DNA from: Squalus acanthias
Lineage: Eukaryota
Assembly: GCA_030390025.1 (NCBI GenBank)
Contig: CM059431.1
Location: 145,144,001-145,208,000, forward strand
Length of the DNA stretch: 64,000 nucleotides
Direction of reading: 5' to 3'
Below are positions 1-11,810 of the stretch, piece by piece; position 1 is the stretch's first letter; each line of letters opens with the position of its first letter. The position numbers and the translations under genes are program-made. Under the pieces are notes generated by a model that searched no databases, was not told where the DNA came from, and worked only from the letters and a program-made list of their open reading frames with translations.

Positions 1-1538
1 ACGACCTGGGCGCGCCATGGCGACGAAGAAGGCTCGATGATATCCTCTGCTAAAAGCCGAGAAATCTCAGCCGCAATAAAAGACTGGTCTTCCTGACTGA
101 AACGTCGTGACTTTGTTATAATCGGTTTGCATTGAGGAGGGATACTGGTAAACAGTGAGGGTTCATCCAGTGAAGCTGCTGACAATGCACAGAACGGTAA
201 TCGAGGTCGTATATTAGAAATAGTGAGTTCAGGTTTGGATCCGCCGAACTCAATGGTGAGCTTCTTATGCTGCTTTTGAAAATCTAGCCCTAAGATAAGA
301 TCACTACATAAGTCCTTGAGCACCGAAAGCCGGGTGGAGGGATACCTGTGACCATTAAGTGTTATTTCAACCATACAAAAGCCAGAAATTCTGGTATTAA
401 GTGATGACTGAGCCATCGCAATTGCCTGGTCCGATGAGAAAACATGTAGCTTTAACTCTGCAACAATCTGTTCCATAATGAAACTATCAGTGCTACCTGA
501 GTCAATTAAGGCATCTAAAGTATGTCCATTAATTGATGCTTTTGTAGCTGCATGGAATAGGTTCTGAGGACAAGCAGCTGTAATTGGTGTCGTTGCACAA
601 AGAGTGGCTGAAACTCTAGGTGTGTTTCTTCGAGAGAAAACCCGAGAGGAAGCACGATAGATTTTAGCCGGAACATCTTGATAGGCCCTTACCGGGGCAG
701 TTCGGTAGGACTTAGCTTGATAAGCCCTCGTAGAGGCTCTTGATAGGCAAACCTTTGCAAAATGACCCTTTTTGTTGCAATGACTGCAAAATGCATTGCG
801 AGCAGGGCAGAATTTCCGAGGGTGAAACTCATCACCACAAAAGAAGCATTTCTTAGATTGCCAAGAGGCTGCCACAGTGGGGTCATCATCCTCTTCATCA
901 GTGAAGTCATCAGATTGATCGTCAGGGATAAAGTCCTCCCTAATAGAGTTCACCTGTGGCCTCTTAAATTGCCTGACTGTAGTTAAGGCAGCAGACCGAG
1001 GTCTGGGCACTGTATAAAGGTCTGCATCTCTTTTTGCCAGATCTAGAGAGCAAGCCATGTCATAAGCTCTCTGAAGCTCAAGTGTCTTACTTTCCAATAG
1101 ACGCTGGCGTATAAATGGGGAGGCAAGCCCGCAGATGAAAGCATCACGGATCATTTCTTCACGGTACAGCTCAGCTGAGGCCGCCTGAAAGTTACAGTCC
1201 ATACTAAGTCTGCGAAGCTCTTGGAGGAATTTATCAATGGATTCCTCCGGCCCTTGTTGGGCTGTAGCTAGTAGATGTCTGGCATAGACCTCATTCGGTG
1301 TCTTAGTATATAGTCTTTTAAGCGTCCGAATTGCCTCCTCGTAACTGCCCCATTCCTCGACATACTGAAATACATTCGGGGTGACACAGTTGATGAGTAT
1401 CCGCAATTTTGAGTCATCATCAGCCTTGCAATATTCGAGAAAATTGTCAAACGTGCGATACCAGTGTTTCCACACCTTACCGGCTGCTGGGGTGTTTGGG
1501 TCCAAGTCAAGACGCGATGGTTTAAGGATGTTTTCCAT
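1..1538 (-). CDS. Gypsy gag-pol polyprotein, partial (3' end outside window)
   Basis: ATG at 1538: MENILKPSRLDLDPNTPAAGKVWKHW...IRDAFICGL...CFFCGDEFHPRKFCPARNAFCSHCNKKGHFAKVC...DALIDSGSTDSF...IEPSSSPWRAQVV. Absent from the ORF track, presumably because no stop lies in the window. Confidence 0.88.
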   Translation of the reverse strand, partial: MENILKPSRLDLDPNTPAAGKVWKHWYRTFDNFLEYCKADDDSKLRILINCVTPNVFQYVEEWGSYEEAIRTLKRLYTKTPNEVYARHLLATAQQGPEESIDKFLQELRRLSMDCNFQAASAELYREEMIRDAFICGLASPFIRQRLLESKTLELQRAYDMACSLDLAKRDADLYTVPRPRSAALTTVRQFKRPQVNSIREDFIPDDQSDDFTDEEDDDPTVAASWQSKKCFFCGDEFHPRKFCPARNAFCSHCNKKGHFAKVCLSRASTRAYQAKSYRTAPVRAYQDVPAKIYRASSRVFSRRNTPRVSATLCATTPITAACPQNLFHAATKASINGHTLDALIDSGSTDSFIMEQIVAELKLHVFSSDQAIAMAQSSLNTRISGFCMVEITLNGHRYPSTRLSVLKDLCSDLILGLDFQKQHKKLTIEFGGSKPELTISNIRPRLPFCALSAASLDEPSLFTSIPPQCKPIITKSRRFSQEDQSFIAAEISRLLAEDIIEPSSSPWRAQV

Positions 1539-1616
1539 GATGGGTGATTCCCTGGATCCTTAGTTCCGAGTTCGTCCAAAAAGTTTGAGTGCAAAGTTTT
1601 TCAAAGTTGATTAAAT

Positions 1617-1810
1617 TGTCGTAAGAATGAGCCTTACGCGTGGTGAACTTAAAGTAAGCTTTAATCAACTAAAAAGGTGCTACATACAAAAGAGGTCTTA
1701 CTCTATGCCTCTCCAGGATCCAACTGATCAGCCCAGTATTTATCCTGGACTAATCACAGGAAGTGATGTAATAAAGTTCGAGTCACAGGAAGCTGTATTG
1801 TGTTACCACA
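1617..1810 (-). repeat. 5' LTR of the Gypsy element (194 bp)
   Basis: Element strand begins TGTGGTAAC and ends CTTACGACA; contains TATA-like GATAAATA and polyA-like ATTAAA; abuts the minisatellite. Confidence 0.8.
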
Positions 1811-2570
1811 AGTAATATTAGAGTAGAGTCACCACTATTAATGTTGGAGTAGGGACACTACCAGCAACGTTAGTGTACGGTCACCAGCAGTAATGTTAGA
1901 GTATGGTCACCACCAGTAATACTAAAGTAGTGTCACCATCAATAATGTTAGAGTAGGGTCACCACCAGTAATGTTAGAGTGGACTCACCACGATTTATGT
2001 TAGATTAGAGTCACCACCAGTAATATTAAAGTAGTGTCACCACGATTTATGTTATGGTGAAGCCACCACCAGTAATATCATGGTATAGTCACCACCAGTA
2101 ATGTTAGATTAGGGACACCACCAGTAACGTTAGTGTACGGTCACCTGCATTAATGTTATGGTACAGTCAACACCAGTAATGTTAGAGTAGAGTCGCCACC
2201 AGTAATGGCAGAGTACAGTCACCACCAGTAATGTTAGAGTCGGGTCACCACAATTATGTTGGAGTAGGGACACCACCAGTAATTACAGTGTAGGATCACC
2301 ACCAGGAATGTTAGAGTAAGATTACCAGCAATAATGTTACAGTGTACCCTCACCATTACATTTTGGGTTAGGTTACCAGCGGTACTCGTAGAGTATAATC
2401 ACCACCAGTAACGGTAGAATTGGAGCACCAGCATTAATGTAAGTGTACCGTCATTACCAGTAATATTAGAGTAGGGTCACCGCCAGCAATGTTAGAGAGG
2501 AGTCATCACCAGTATTGTTAGCGATGAATCATTGCCAGTAATATTAGAGCGGAGTCATCACTAGGTATCA
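1811..2570. repeat. Minisatellite, ~26-bp unit (CACCAGTAATGTTAGAGTAGGGTCAC), diverged
   Basis: Directly visible tandem periodicity. Confidence 0.92.
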
Positions 2571-2810
2571 TAACAGTAACAAAACAAATTTAAATTAGAC
2601 AATGGATGAGTGAAGTTTTCACCGAATGAATTTGAGACCCCAAGAGCCTAACGCAGTGTCCAGGAGGAATGTTCCATTTAGCGTTCCGTACAATTTCCCC
2701 ATTGGCGGCCTGAGCGCACTGAAGCGGTAAATCGCCCCTTGTTTGTTAAGTGACTGTTTCTAACGTCACTTATTGTGTAACCTGTTTTTCTGGCCGGGGC
2801 TGCGATTGTT

Positions 2811-2818
2811 CTATAAAT
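2811..2818 (+). promoter_or_regulatory. Candidate TATA box upstream of the GPCR gene
   Basis: CTATAAAT about 80 bp upstream of the exon-1 ATG at 2894. Confidence 0.35.
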
Positions 2819-2893
2819 GAGGAGTATTTACCGATCTCAGATACACTCCAGTCCGAACCGTAAAGCTGGACAGATTTCGCATATTTTCTTGTA

Positions 2894-5389
2894 ATGGAAC
2901 TGCCAACAATTCTACAGATAATGCAAATTTACTATCCTATTCTCGCAACATTTGGCATTCCCGGTGAGTTAATGTATTCTGTTGTCTAATAACTGTTGAC
3001 TATCTCAGTGTTAATGTAACAGATTCCGAGCATGTCCTCATTGCAGAGTCATTGATCCACCGGGATCAGTCGGTGTATATCAGCGGGAAACCGACCACTC
3101 CGCGCGGCCGCTGAGGCGCTGTTCTGGTCGCTCGATCGTGGCCACCGGGAGTTCAACTTTGCCCCGCTTACTGAGGGAGGGCCAGGCTGATTCCCCGGCC
3201 CCTCCAACAGTACATAGATCATTAAGTAATGTGATGCTTTGTGTCCATGGTAATCATTTAATCTGTACTGTTGTTCCCTGTCTACTTTAATTTGAGAATT
3301 CCTTGTACTGCAGCCACCTCCACCCATCAGAGGACTATGAAAGATATTTTGAGCAATAATTGCCGCTCAGGGAGCTGTTCCCCTCCCCTCGGCTGCAAAG
3401 AAACTTCGCGACTCCACCAGCTCCCGCTCTGTTACCGAGCAACTTCCTCGTGGCCTTTATAAATAGAAAAAGCGCAGAGTTTCGACCTACATCGAATGTT
3501 TGTGGCACAGCTGAATGTATTATTTGAATTCATATCTTTCCAGTAATTGTTTGTAAATTATATTGAATACAGCTGACATCTGATGCCGCTCCTCAGATCC
3601 CCCTCGCCAATTAAACCGATGAGTTTAAATGTAAAATTCCATCGATTGCTCCCTGGGGCCGCTGTCTTAACTCATCAAATTGACTCGGTGCATCACATGG
3701 TCCCAGCCTCATGGCGGGATGGTTTCAGCGCGGCACACTGCAATGGAATGTGTGTTCGGATGTATGTAAGGCAATCCGTTTCTTTATTGACTGTGAAAAT
3801 TAACAAGTTATATAACTATTCAAGGTTGCCCTTTAAGGGACTTTAATCTGTAACTGTACCGTCCCTGCGAGGTATAGCGGCTTGACCTGGACCGCACCGT
3901 TAAAGTGTGAATGGACCCGCAATGGATTTCAAACGGAAGGTTTCGACATGAAAAGTTCACTTTGTTTCCCTCTCCACAGATGATGCTGGTTTTGCTGAGT
4001 ATTGCCAGCATTTTCAGTTTTTATGCATGAATATAGTGTCAGTGGCGATAGCGATGGAGATTCAGTCGGAAGAGATGGATCATGGTCGACTGATTCTTTG
4101 TCGCCGGTTTTACACTATCGCCCAAAGTCAAAATTCCCCTCCGTTGAGCCATCACTGCCTAGCTGTCGTTGTTGCTGGGGTCGCTATCAGTTACCATTAC
4201 CGATACTGGATACGAGCGACCTTCCCAGCACCCACCTTCACCCACCGTCTTGACAGAGTCTGACTGAAGTGTACTGGAATGACGGCGCATTCCCACTTCC
4301 TCGATATTTAGTGTTTAATGATTACTTTCGTTTGAAAAATATAATGTCAATGCTCGCCTATATCATAAACAGAATCCGTGTGCATAACCCTCAGTCGGAA
4401 CACATCGGTTCATCTCCCCACAATACGCTGTAAGATTTATCCGAGTGTCCCCATTACTTACTCTTGTCCCTCTTTATTACAGCGAACCTATTGACAATGG
4501 TGATTCTCTCCAGAGGAAAATGCGGCCTTTCCAAATGTATCTCTGTCTACATGGTGGCCATGGCAACAGCAGATCTACTGGTCATGATCATCAATGTAAT
4601 CGTGTACCGCATTTTGAGTAAACACTTCCCATATTCATTCATGTCCTACACTGCCGTTTGTAAGTTCATGATGTACATGTGTTGTACCAACCTTGATATG
4701 TCGGTGTGGTTTACCGTCTCCTTCACATTTGATCGATTTGTAGCTATATGTTGTCAGAAATTTAAAACAAAGTATTGCACAATGAGAACTGCGGCCGCGG
4801 TTATAACAACGGTCTCTGTCCTGGTTTATTTAGAAAATATCCCCTTTTGGTTTGCCTTTGAACACAAACAAATAATCAACAATGTTTCCTGGGGATTCCG
4901 CCCCAGTGCGGTCTTTTTTTCATCGCCTGCAGGTGCAGCCTACTTCCGCTTACAAAATATTTTAAATCCATGCGTTCCTTTTGTTTTGATATTACTGTTT
5001 AATTGTTTGACAGTCAGCGTATTTTAGTGGCCAGTAGAGCCCGCAGGGGACTCCGGGTTCACAGCGGTGAGAATCAGAGCGATCCAGAGATGGAGAGCAG
5101 AAGGAAATCCATCATTTTACTGTTCACTGTATCGGCCAGTTTTATATTGTTGTGGCTGACATCTGCCGTGAGTTTTGTAGTTAACAACCTGGCCGTGCAT
5201 CACCGACCCGATTATACAGACCCTGCATACATCGCCACTGAAACCGGATCTATGCTCATGTATTTGAGTTCCTGTACAAACACATGTATTTATGCAGCTT
5301 CACAAACTAAATTCAGGGAAGAGCTGAAGAAGGTGCTGAAATCTCCTTGGACATTGATTCTGATGTTGATTAAAAAAATGAAAAATTAA
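2894..5389 (+). pseudogene. GPR139/GPR142-like class A GPCR, two coding exons (2894-2963, 4483-5389), 1-bp frameshift near 5018
   Basis: Exon 1 MELPTILQIMQIYYPILATFGIP ends at G|GTGAGT; exon 2 follows ttacag and reads ANLLTMVILSRGKCGLSKC...MATADL...FTFDRF...; the frame shifts at ACAGTCAG^CGTATT into RILVASRARR...SSCTNTCIY...KFREELK. Confidence 0.85.
3940..4025 (+). mobile_element. Penelope-type terminal repeat fragment
   Basis: ctctccacagatgatgct...gctgagtattgccagcattttcagtttt matches the termini at 21850-21972, 35400-35460 and 62750-62910. Confidence 0.6.
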
Positions 5390-5552
5390 ACAACAGCTTC
5401 CTTTCAGTAGAGTAAAATGACAACCCGTGTTCTATTTTAGAATGGCCGTCTTACCGTTAGAATGAAAGCCGATTGTTGCTGTGATAATGAACAGGTATCA
5501 GAAAACCTTTCTTCCTTTTTGTGCCGTGTGTTTTGTGTCTGCTGCTTTCCCT

Positions 5553-6012
5553 GGGTCGGCCGTGGCTCAGCTGGTAGCAACCTCGTGAAAAGGTGGTGGC
5601 TTCAAGTCCCACTCCAGAGACTCAATAATCTACCATAATCTAGGCTGACACTCCAATGCAGGGCTGAGGGAGTGCTGCACTGTCGGAGGTGCCCTCTTTC
5701 GGATGAGACATTAAACTGAGGCTCAGTCTGCCCTCTCAGGTGGATGTAAATGATCCTTTGCTCTATCTCGAAGAGGAGCAGGGTGTAATCCCAGGTGTCC
5801 CAGTCAATATTTATCCCTTCATCAACATCACTAAAAAACAAATGATCTGGTCATTCTTACATTGCTGTTTGTGGGAGCTTCGTGTGCGTAGATTGGCTGC
5901 CGTTTTTCCAGCATTAGAACAGTGGTTACACCTGAAAAATACTTCATTGGCTCTAAAGGGCCGGTGGTCGTGACAGAACCTATATAAATACAAATCTTTC
6001 CTTTTCTTTCTT
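5553..6012 (+). mobile_element. tRNA-derived Deu-domain SINE (SacSINE1/DeuSINE-like)
   Basis: A box GTGGCTCAGCTGG, B-box-like TTCAAGTCC, core gctgacactcc...gagggagtgctgcactgtcggaggtgcc...cggatgagacattaaac, L2-like tail tatataaatacaa. Confidence 0.8.
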
Positions 6013-7199
6013 TTACCCCGGGTCAATATAATAATTTCCCGCTAATCAGAATATTCTAAAGTCTGCTAATGTGATACTGTGCTGGTTTGTCTTTCTATTG
6101 TAGTAATGTCAACCTTTAGCCTTTTCCTGTTAAGCAGGGAAGCACTGGTCTGTTTAAAGTACCACTGGGCTATTGGGGCATGGCAGACCCTGCAGCAATG
6201 TTCAGTTTCAGGATGAAGTAATAAGCGATTTAATTAAACTCATGACATTGAAAACAGATTCGTCAAATTCAGGAAACGTTAATCATTTGGTAACAGTTTG
6301 GGAAGAGAGGTAGTTCTGCAAAGGAAAACATCTGGGCATCCATCATCATTTTCAATTAGTACAATACATACAGAAACAGACAGTCTTACTGTTAAAGGTT
6401 TCACTTGTTGCAGTTGCAATTATATGGACCAAGAGAGAAACTATCGATCAGATAAATCAATTAAATTATCTTTATGTAGAGTTTTATTTTAACTTTGATA
6501 TAATTGTGTTATGCAAAATTCCGAGGACTGTCAAGCACAGGGAGTGAGAAAAATGTATAAAAATGCACGTGTTTTGGTAAAGGCCTAAGATAATGAGCTC
6601 AGGACTGTGACATGTTTGGGTCTCCACCCTTCATCAGGTGTGGTTCTAATTTCTACCTTTTAACTGTATGTGTAAGTACTATTGCATGTATTATGTGCTT
6701 AATAAACCTGTGGCACCTCACTCCAATGTTGAAGAACATTATTGAAAAGCTTATGCTGACAAGAGCCTTTGTATTTTAATTGTGAATGGGCTTCAGTTAT
6801 TAACTGTGATTAAGAGCCCGCTTTACCCGTCACTCTTTCACGTTCCACTTGACCCAGAGGTTCTCCAGAACCACAATCCTCTTGGTTACAGGGCCCATGG
6901 AGCCCGGGCTCTGCCAGTCCGGCTGGCATCCAGCTTCTGGGGAAAGTGGTGATTAGTTGCGGGCGGTTTTGTTTAAGAGCCACATTCTCATTTAACTGGA
7001 TGCGGACAACCAGTAGTATTTAAGGCCAGAGTCAGGCAGCCGGCAGAGGTTTTAGTTCAATCAATCAGCGATGTTCTGCACCCAGCTACAATCCTGAGAA
7101 GGCGACCTGCAGTCAACCACATCATCCAAACTCCGCAGGTAAAATAGAAAGCAAAGGCATGAATAATTAACCATTACATTACCGTGGCACATTCAATCT

Positions 7200-7760
7200 G
7201 GTGTGGTTGTGATTCCCCGTCCCCAGTTTCTAATTAACCAGTTGTTGTATTCCCTTGTGTTTCTCTATTTCTAATAAAACAGTTATTGTGTTTCCCTGAC
7301 ATTCCCATCTCCTCTATTTCTAAATAAAGTGTTACTGCCTCCCCGTCCCCTACTTTTAAATAAACAGTTATTTACTGTGTTAACCCATGTTTCCTTTTAT
7401 TCTATTTCTGATTAGACAGTTAGCTTATCCCCCTGAATCTCCTTGTCCTGTATTTCTAATTGAACCGTTGCTGTCTTCACCTCCCCCCATTTGTAAATGA
7501 TGTGTTATTGTGTTCCGCTGGTCCCTATTTCTAATATCAGTTGCCATATTCCCATGACCTCTATTTCTAATTAAATCATCAATGTGATCCCCTATATTCC
7601 CGTTATTCTATTTCTAATTAACACTTACTTTGTTCTACTTAATGTTCCTGTTCTCTATTTCTAATTAAATATTTACAGTGCTCCCCTAAATTCCCCTTTA
7701 TTCAATTTCTAATTTTGCTGCTCGTGTTCCCCTGAACACCCCTGTCCCTTAGCTTCAATT
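7200..7760. repeat. Degenerate AT-rich tandem repeat (core CTATTTCTAATTAAAC...GTGTTCCC)
   Basis: About 12 recurrences of a tatttctaa-like core at 40-50 bp spacing. Confidence 0.7.
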
Positions 7761-8039
7761 ATAATGATTAGGAAGGAAGCCTGTTCCATAGATACACATT
7801 CGCTACTGAAATAATGTTTCCGGAGATTAGTTTGAATTTACCCCCTTCAATCTCAAGCCGTGTCCTCTGGTGCACCTGTTCTGGACAAGGTGAAACAGCT
7901 CGCCATGGTCCACCTTATCGGGTGGATTAAGAGCAGTGTCTCGCACACATTCAGGTCCCGGATATTCTTGTGTTCTTTGTATGTTTAGCATAGGATTGTT
8001 AACATGAAAGTGTAACTAAACTTCAGGTGCTGAGGTCAA

Positions 8040-9348
8040 CAGTTTCAGAGGTTTCCATATTTCAATTCAGGATCGAACAGCCTATATATCAGGCCTGTAT
8101 ATAATACAATGTCCTCCAGATATAAATAGCAGCATTAAATTACACTTTTTGATTATTTTCTGTACCTGTCCATGAAAATTTAATTATATATGTACAGGGA
8201 CACTTAAGTCTCTTTGGACCTCCACTGTATCCAGCCTTTCATGATTTAGAAAGTATTCTGATCTCTCCTTTTTAGATCCTAAGTGGATGACTTCACACTT
8301 GCTTATATTTAAATCAATTTGTCACAGATTTGGACATTCGCTTAATCTATTAATATCTGTTCTAATTTCATGGTTCCATCGAGAGTCATAGATTCATCGA
8401 GTCATTACGGCTCAGAAGGAGGCCATTCGATCCATCGAGTCCGTGCCGTCTGTCTGTAGAGCAATCCAGTCAGTCCCATTCCCCCGCTCTATCCCCGTAG
8501 CCCTGCAAGTTTATTTCCCTCGAGTGCCTATCCAGTCTCCCCTTTAAAACATTGAGTGTGTCCCCTTCCACCACTTCCGACGGCAGCGAATTCCAAGTCA
8601 TCACCACTCACTGTGTAAAAATGTTTTTCCTCACGTCTCCCCTGTATCTCCTGCCCAAAACCTTAAATTTGTATCCCCTATGTCCTTCTATCATCAAGTA
8701 GTAGGAACAGTATTTCCCCGTCTAGCCTATCCAAACCCGTCATAACCTTGTACACCTCTATCAAATCACACGTCAACCTCCTTTTCTCTAATGAATACAA
8801 ATCCAGCTTCTTCAACCTGTCCTTGTAGCTAAGATTCCCCCATCCCCGGAACAATTCTGGTAAATCTCCTCTGCCCCATCTCAAGGGCCTTCACATCTTT
8901 CCGAAAGTGTGGTGACCAGAACTGGATGCAATACTCCAGTTGTGAGTTGTGGCCTAACCAGCGATTTATAAATGTTCAGCATAACTTTTCTAATTTTGTA
9001 CTTAATACCGCTATTTATGAAGCCCAAGATCGCATATGCTTTGTTAACGGCTCTCTCAATATATCCTGCCACCTTCAGGGACCTATGCACATTAACTCCC
9101 AGGTCCCTCTGTCCCTGCACACTCTTTAAAACTGTGCCATTAAAAGTATTTTGCCTCGCCCTGTTCCTTCTACCAAAATGCATCACCTCACACTTCTCTT
9201 TGTTAAATTACATCTGCCAATTGTCTGCTAGCCTTTCTATGTCCTGTTGCAGCCAGTTGATATCATCATCACTGTTTGCCACACACCCAAGTTTGGTGTC
9301 ATCAGCAAATTTAGAAATTCTACTCTGTATTCCAATATCCAGGTCGTT

Positions 9349-9380
<32 letters not shown>

Positions 9381-10870
9381 TGACCCCAGAACTGATCCTT
9401 GCAGAACACCACTGTCTACCATCCTCCAGTCTGAAAAACAGCCAATTACCACAACTCGCTGTTTTTTGTCCTTAAGCCAATTCCTTATCCAAGCTGCAAC
9501 TGACCCACCTATTCCATGAGCCTCAATTTTGTTAACCAGCCTTCTATGTGGTACTTTGTCAAACGCCTTCCGAAAATCCATGTAGACAGCATCCGTTGTA
9601 TTCCCTTCTTCAATCCTCTTTGTTACTTCATCAAAAAATTCAATTAAATTACTCAAACACGATCTGCCTTTTACAAACCCGTGTTGACTCTCCTTAATTT
9701 GCTTAAACCTCTCCAAATGCCCGTTAATTTTTTCCTTGATTATTGTTTTTTAAACTTTAGCCACCACTGATGTTAATTTGACAGGCTTGTAGTTACTAGG
9801 ATTGTCCTTACACCCTTTCTTGAACAATGGTGTCACATTTGCCACTTTCCAATCGTCAGGCACCTCCCCCGCATCTAGGGAATATTGGAAAATTATGGCA
9901 AGCCCTCCGCCATCTCCTCCTCCATTTTCCATAGCAACCTGGGATGGAAGCCACCTGGACCAGACGCCTTGTCCACTCTAAGTATACCCAGCCTTTCTCG
10001 TACATCCTGTCTATCTATTTTCACCCCTTCCATTGCTTCTACCTTTTCCACTTCTACCGATATTTTATCAGCATCCACCTCCTTAGTAAACACCGATACA
10101 AAGTATTCATTTGGTATTCGAGCCTTGCCCTGCGCCTTTAAGCATATATCACCTTCTTTGTCCCTAATAGGATCTACCCCGCCTCTTACTAATCGCATAA
10201 TGTCTTTATGCGGGTAGAATATTTTTGGGTTCCCTGTTATGTTAACCACCATTCTACTCTCATATTCTCTCTTTGCCAATCTTAGTTTCCTCTTCACATC
10301 CCCTCTCAACATATTATATTTGGTCTGGTTCTCCCTTGAAGAATTCACCTGACATGCAACACACACACTCTTTTTTTGTTTCATCATCTTCTCTATCTCC
10401 CTTGTCATCCAAGGAACCCTTGTCTTGGTTCGCTTGCCCTTCCATCTTATTGGAATGTACCTAGCCTGTACTTGGAGCATCTCCTCCTTAAAGTTCACCC
10501 ATTGTTCCGTTATAGTTTTTCCTGTCAGTCTTTGGTTCCGTTTTCCCCTGGCTAGATCGTTTCGCATCCCATTGAAGTTAAACTGCTTATAAAGCCGCCT
10601 ATCTTTGTATCTTCGTCAAAGTTAGATATGTGGCTCTCAATCCCATCAACTAATTCGTTAATAAAAACGGTGAATAGTCGAGGCCCCAAAATAGATCCCT
10701 CAGGTACACCACTAGTCATATCCTGCCAATCAAAGTAGCTGTCCATTATCCGCACACTGTGTCTCCTATCGCTCAAACAATTTCCTAACCAGGACAATTA
10801 TTTGCCTTCACTTCCACGAGCTTCAACTTTAGCTAACAGCTCCTTATGTGGGACTTTATCAAATGTCTTT
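8040..10870 (-). mobile_element. Old CR1 LINE fragment (8040-8380 + 10578-10870) split by a younger CR1 insertion
   Basis: The two halves are contiguous in the related copy at 11380-11810 (tcatggttccatc|taaactgctta); RT motifs GVPEGSILGP, FDEDTKIGG. Confidence 0.75.
8381..10577 (-). mobile_element. CR1 LINE, 5'-truncated ORF2 (RT) with 3' tail, decayed
   Basis: ORF pieces ESQHGFVKGRSCLSNL, MDFRKAFDKVPH, GVLQGSVLG, DKASGPGGFHPR; 3' tail at 8381-8460. Confidence 0.93.
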
Positions 10871-10959
10871 TGCTCCATGTCTATTAGCTCATAATGGTTT
10901 TTGAATTGGGACTCACAAATCTCTTTGCTCCTCAACAGTTAATGGTTTCCTATTATTTA

Positions 10960-11810
10960 GTCTATCGATCTCAGGTTTAAAATTAACAATTGACCCAGCA
11001 TGAACTGCTGTTTGTGGGGTGAATTACAGCGTTCTACCACCCATTACATGTAGAAGTGTTTCCTAACTTCACTCCTGAAAAGCTTGGATCTAATATTTAG
11101 GCTAAGTCACCTAATCCTACACTTGTGAATCATCGAAAATATCTTCTCTGTATCTAACCTATCAGTTCCCCTTAATATCATGAATACTTAAATCAAATCA
11201 CCCCTTAAGCTTCTAAATTCCAGAGATTACAATCCAAGTTTGTGTAATCTCTCCTCATAATTTGACAATAGGGCTCCATGTATCATTCTGGTAAATCTAC
11301 GCTTCACTCATTAAGGCTAATACTTCCTTCCTAAGATGTGATGCGCAGAAATGAGCACAGTGTTCCAGGACTGGTCTAACCAGTGATTTGTATAAGTGTA
11401 GCAGAACTTCTCCCCCTTATATTGTAGTCCTATAGATATAAATACCACCATTCAATTCGCCATTTTGATCTTTTCTGTACCTGTCCATGACAATTTTATG
11501 ATATATGCACATGGACTCTTAAGTCTCTTTGGACATCCACTGGTTCCAGCTATTCACCATTTAGAAACTATTTCCATCTCTCCATTTTAGATCCGAAGTG
11601 GATGACCTCACACTTGCTTATATTTAAATAATTTGCCATAGTTTTGGCCCAATCACTTAATCTATTAATATCTCTTCTAATGTCATGGTTCCATCTAAAC
11701 TGCTTAAATGCCGCCAATCATTGTGTCGTCGTCAAACTTGGATATGTGGCTCTCAATCCCATCAATAAAGTCATTAATAAAAGCGGTGAATAGTTGAGGC
11801 CCAAAATAAA
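10960..11810 (-). mobile_element. CR1 LINE 3' fragment
   Basis: Reverse complement of CR1 RT C-terminal region; similar to 8060-8380 and 10578-10690. Confidence 0.8.

Larger units (their letters stand above)
1..1810 (-). mobile_element. Ty3/Gypsy LTR retrotransposon, 5' part (LTR + gag-protease-start of RT), running off the window edge
   Basis: LTR 1617-1810 (TG...CA) followed on - by an ORF with Gypsy gag, CCHC knuckles, an aspartic protease motif and the RT N-terminus. Confidence 0.93.

Noticed and set aside
4170..4232. Imperfect hairpin gctggggtcgct...agcgaccttcccagc in the GPCR intron
   Set aside because: Short, single occurrence, no ncRNA family features; chance or MITE debris equally likely
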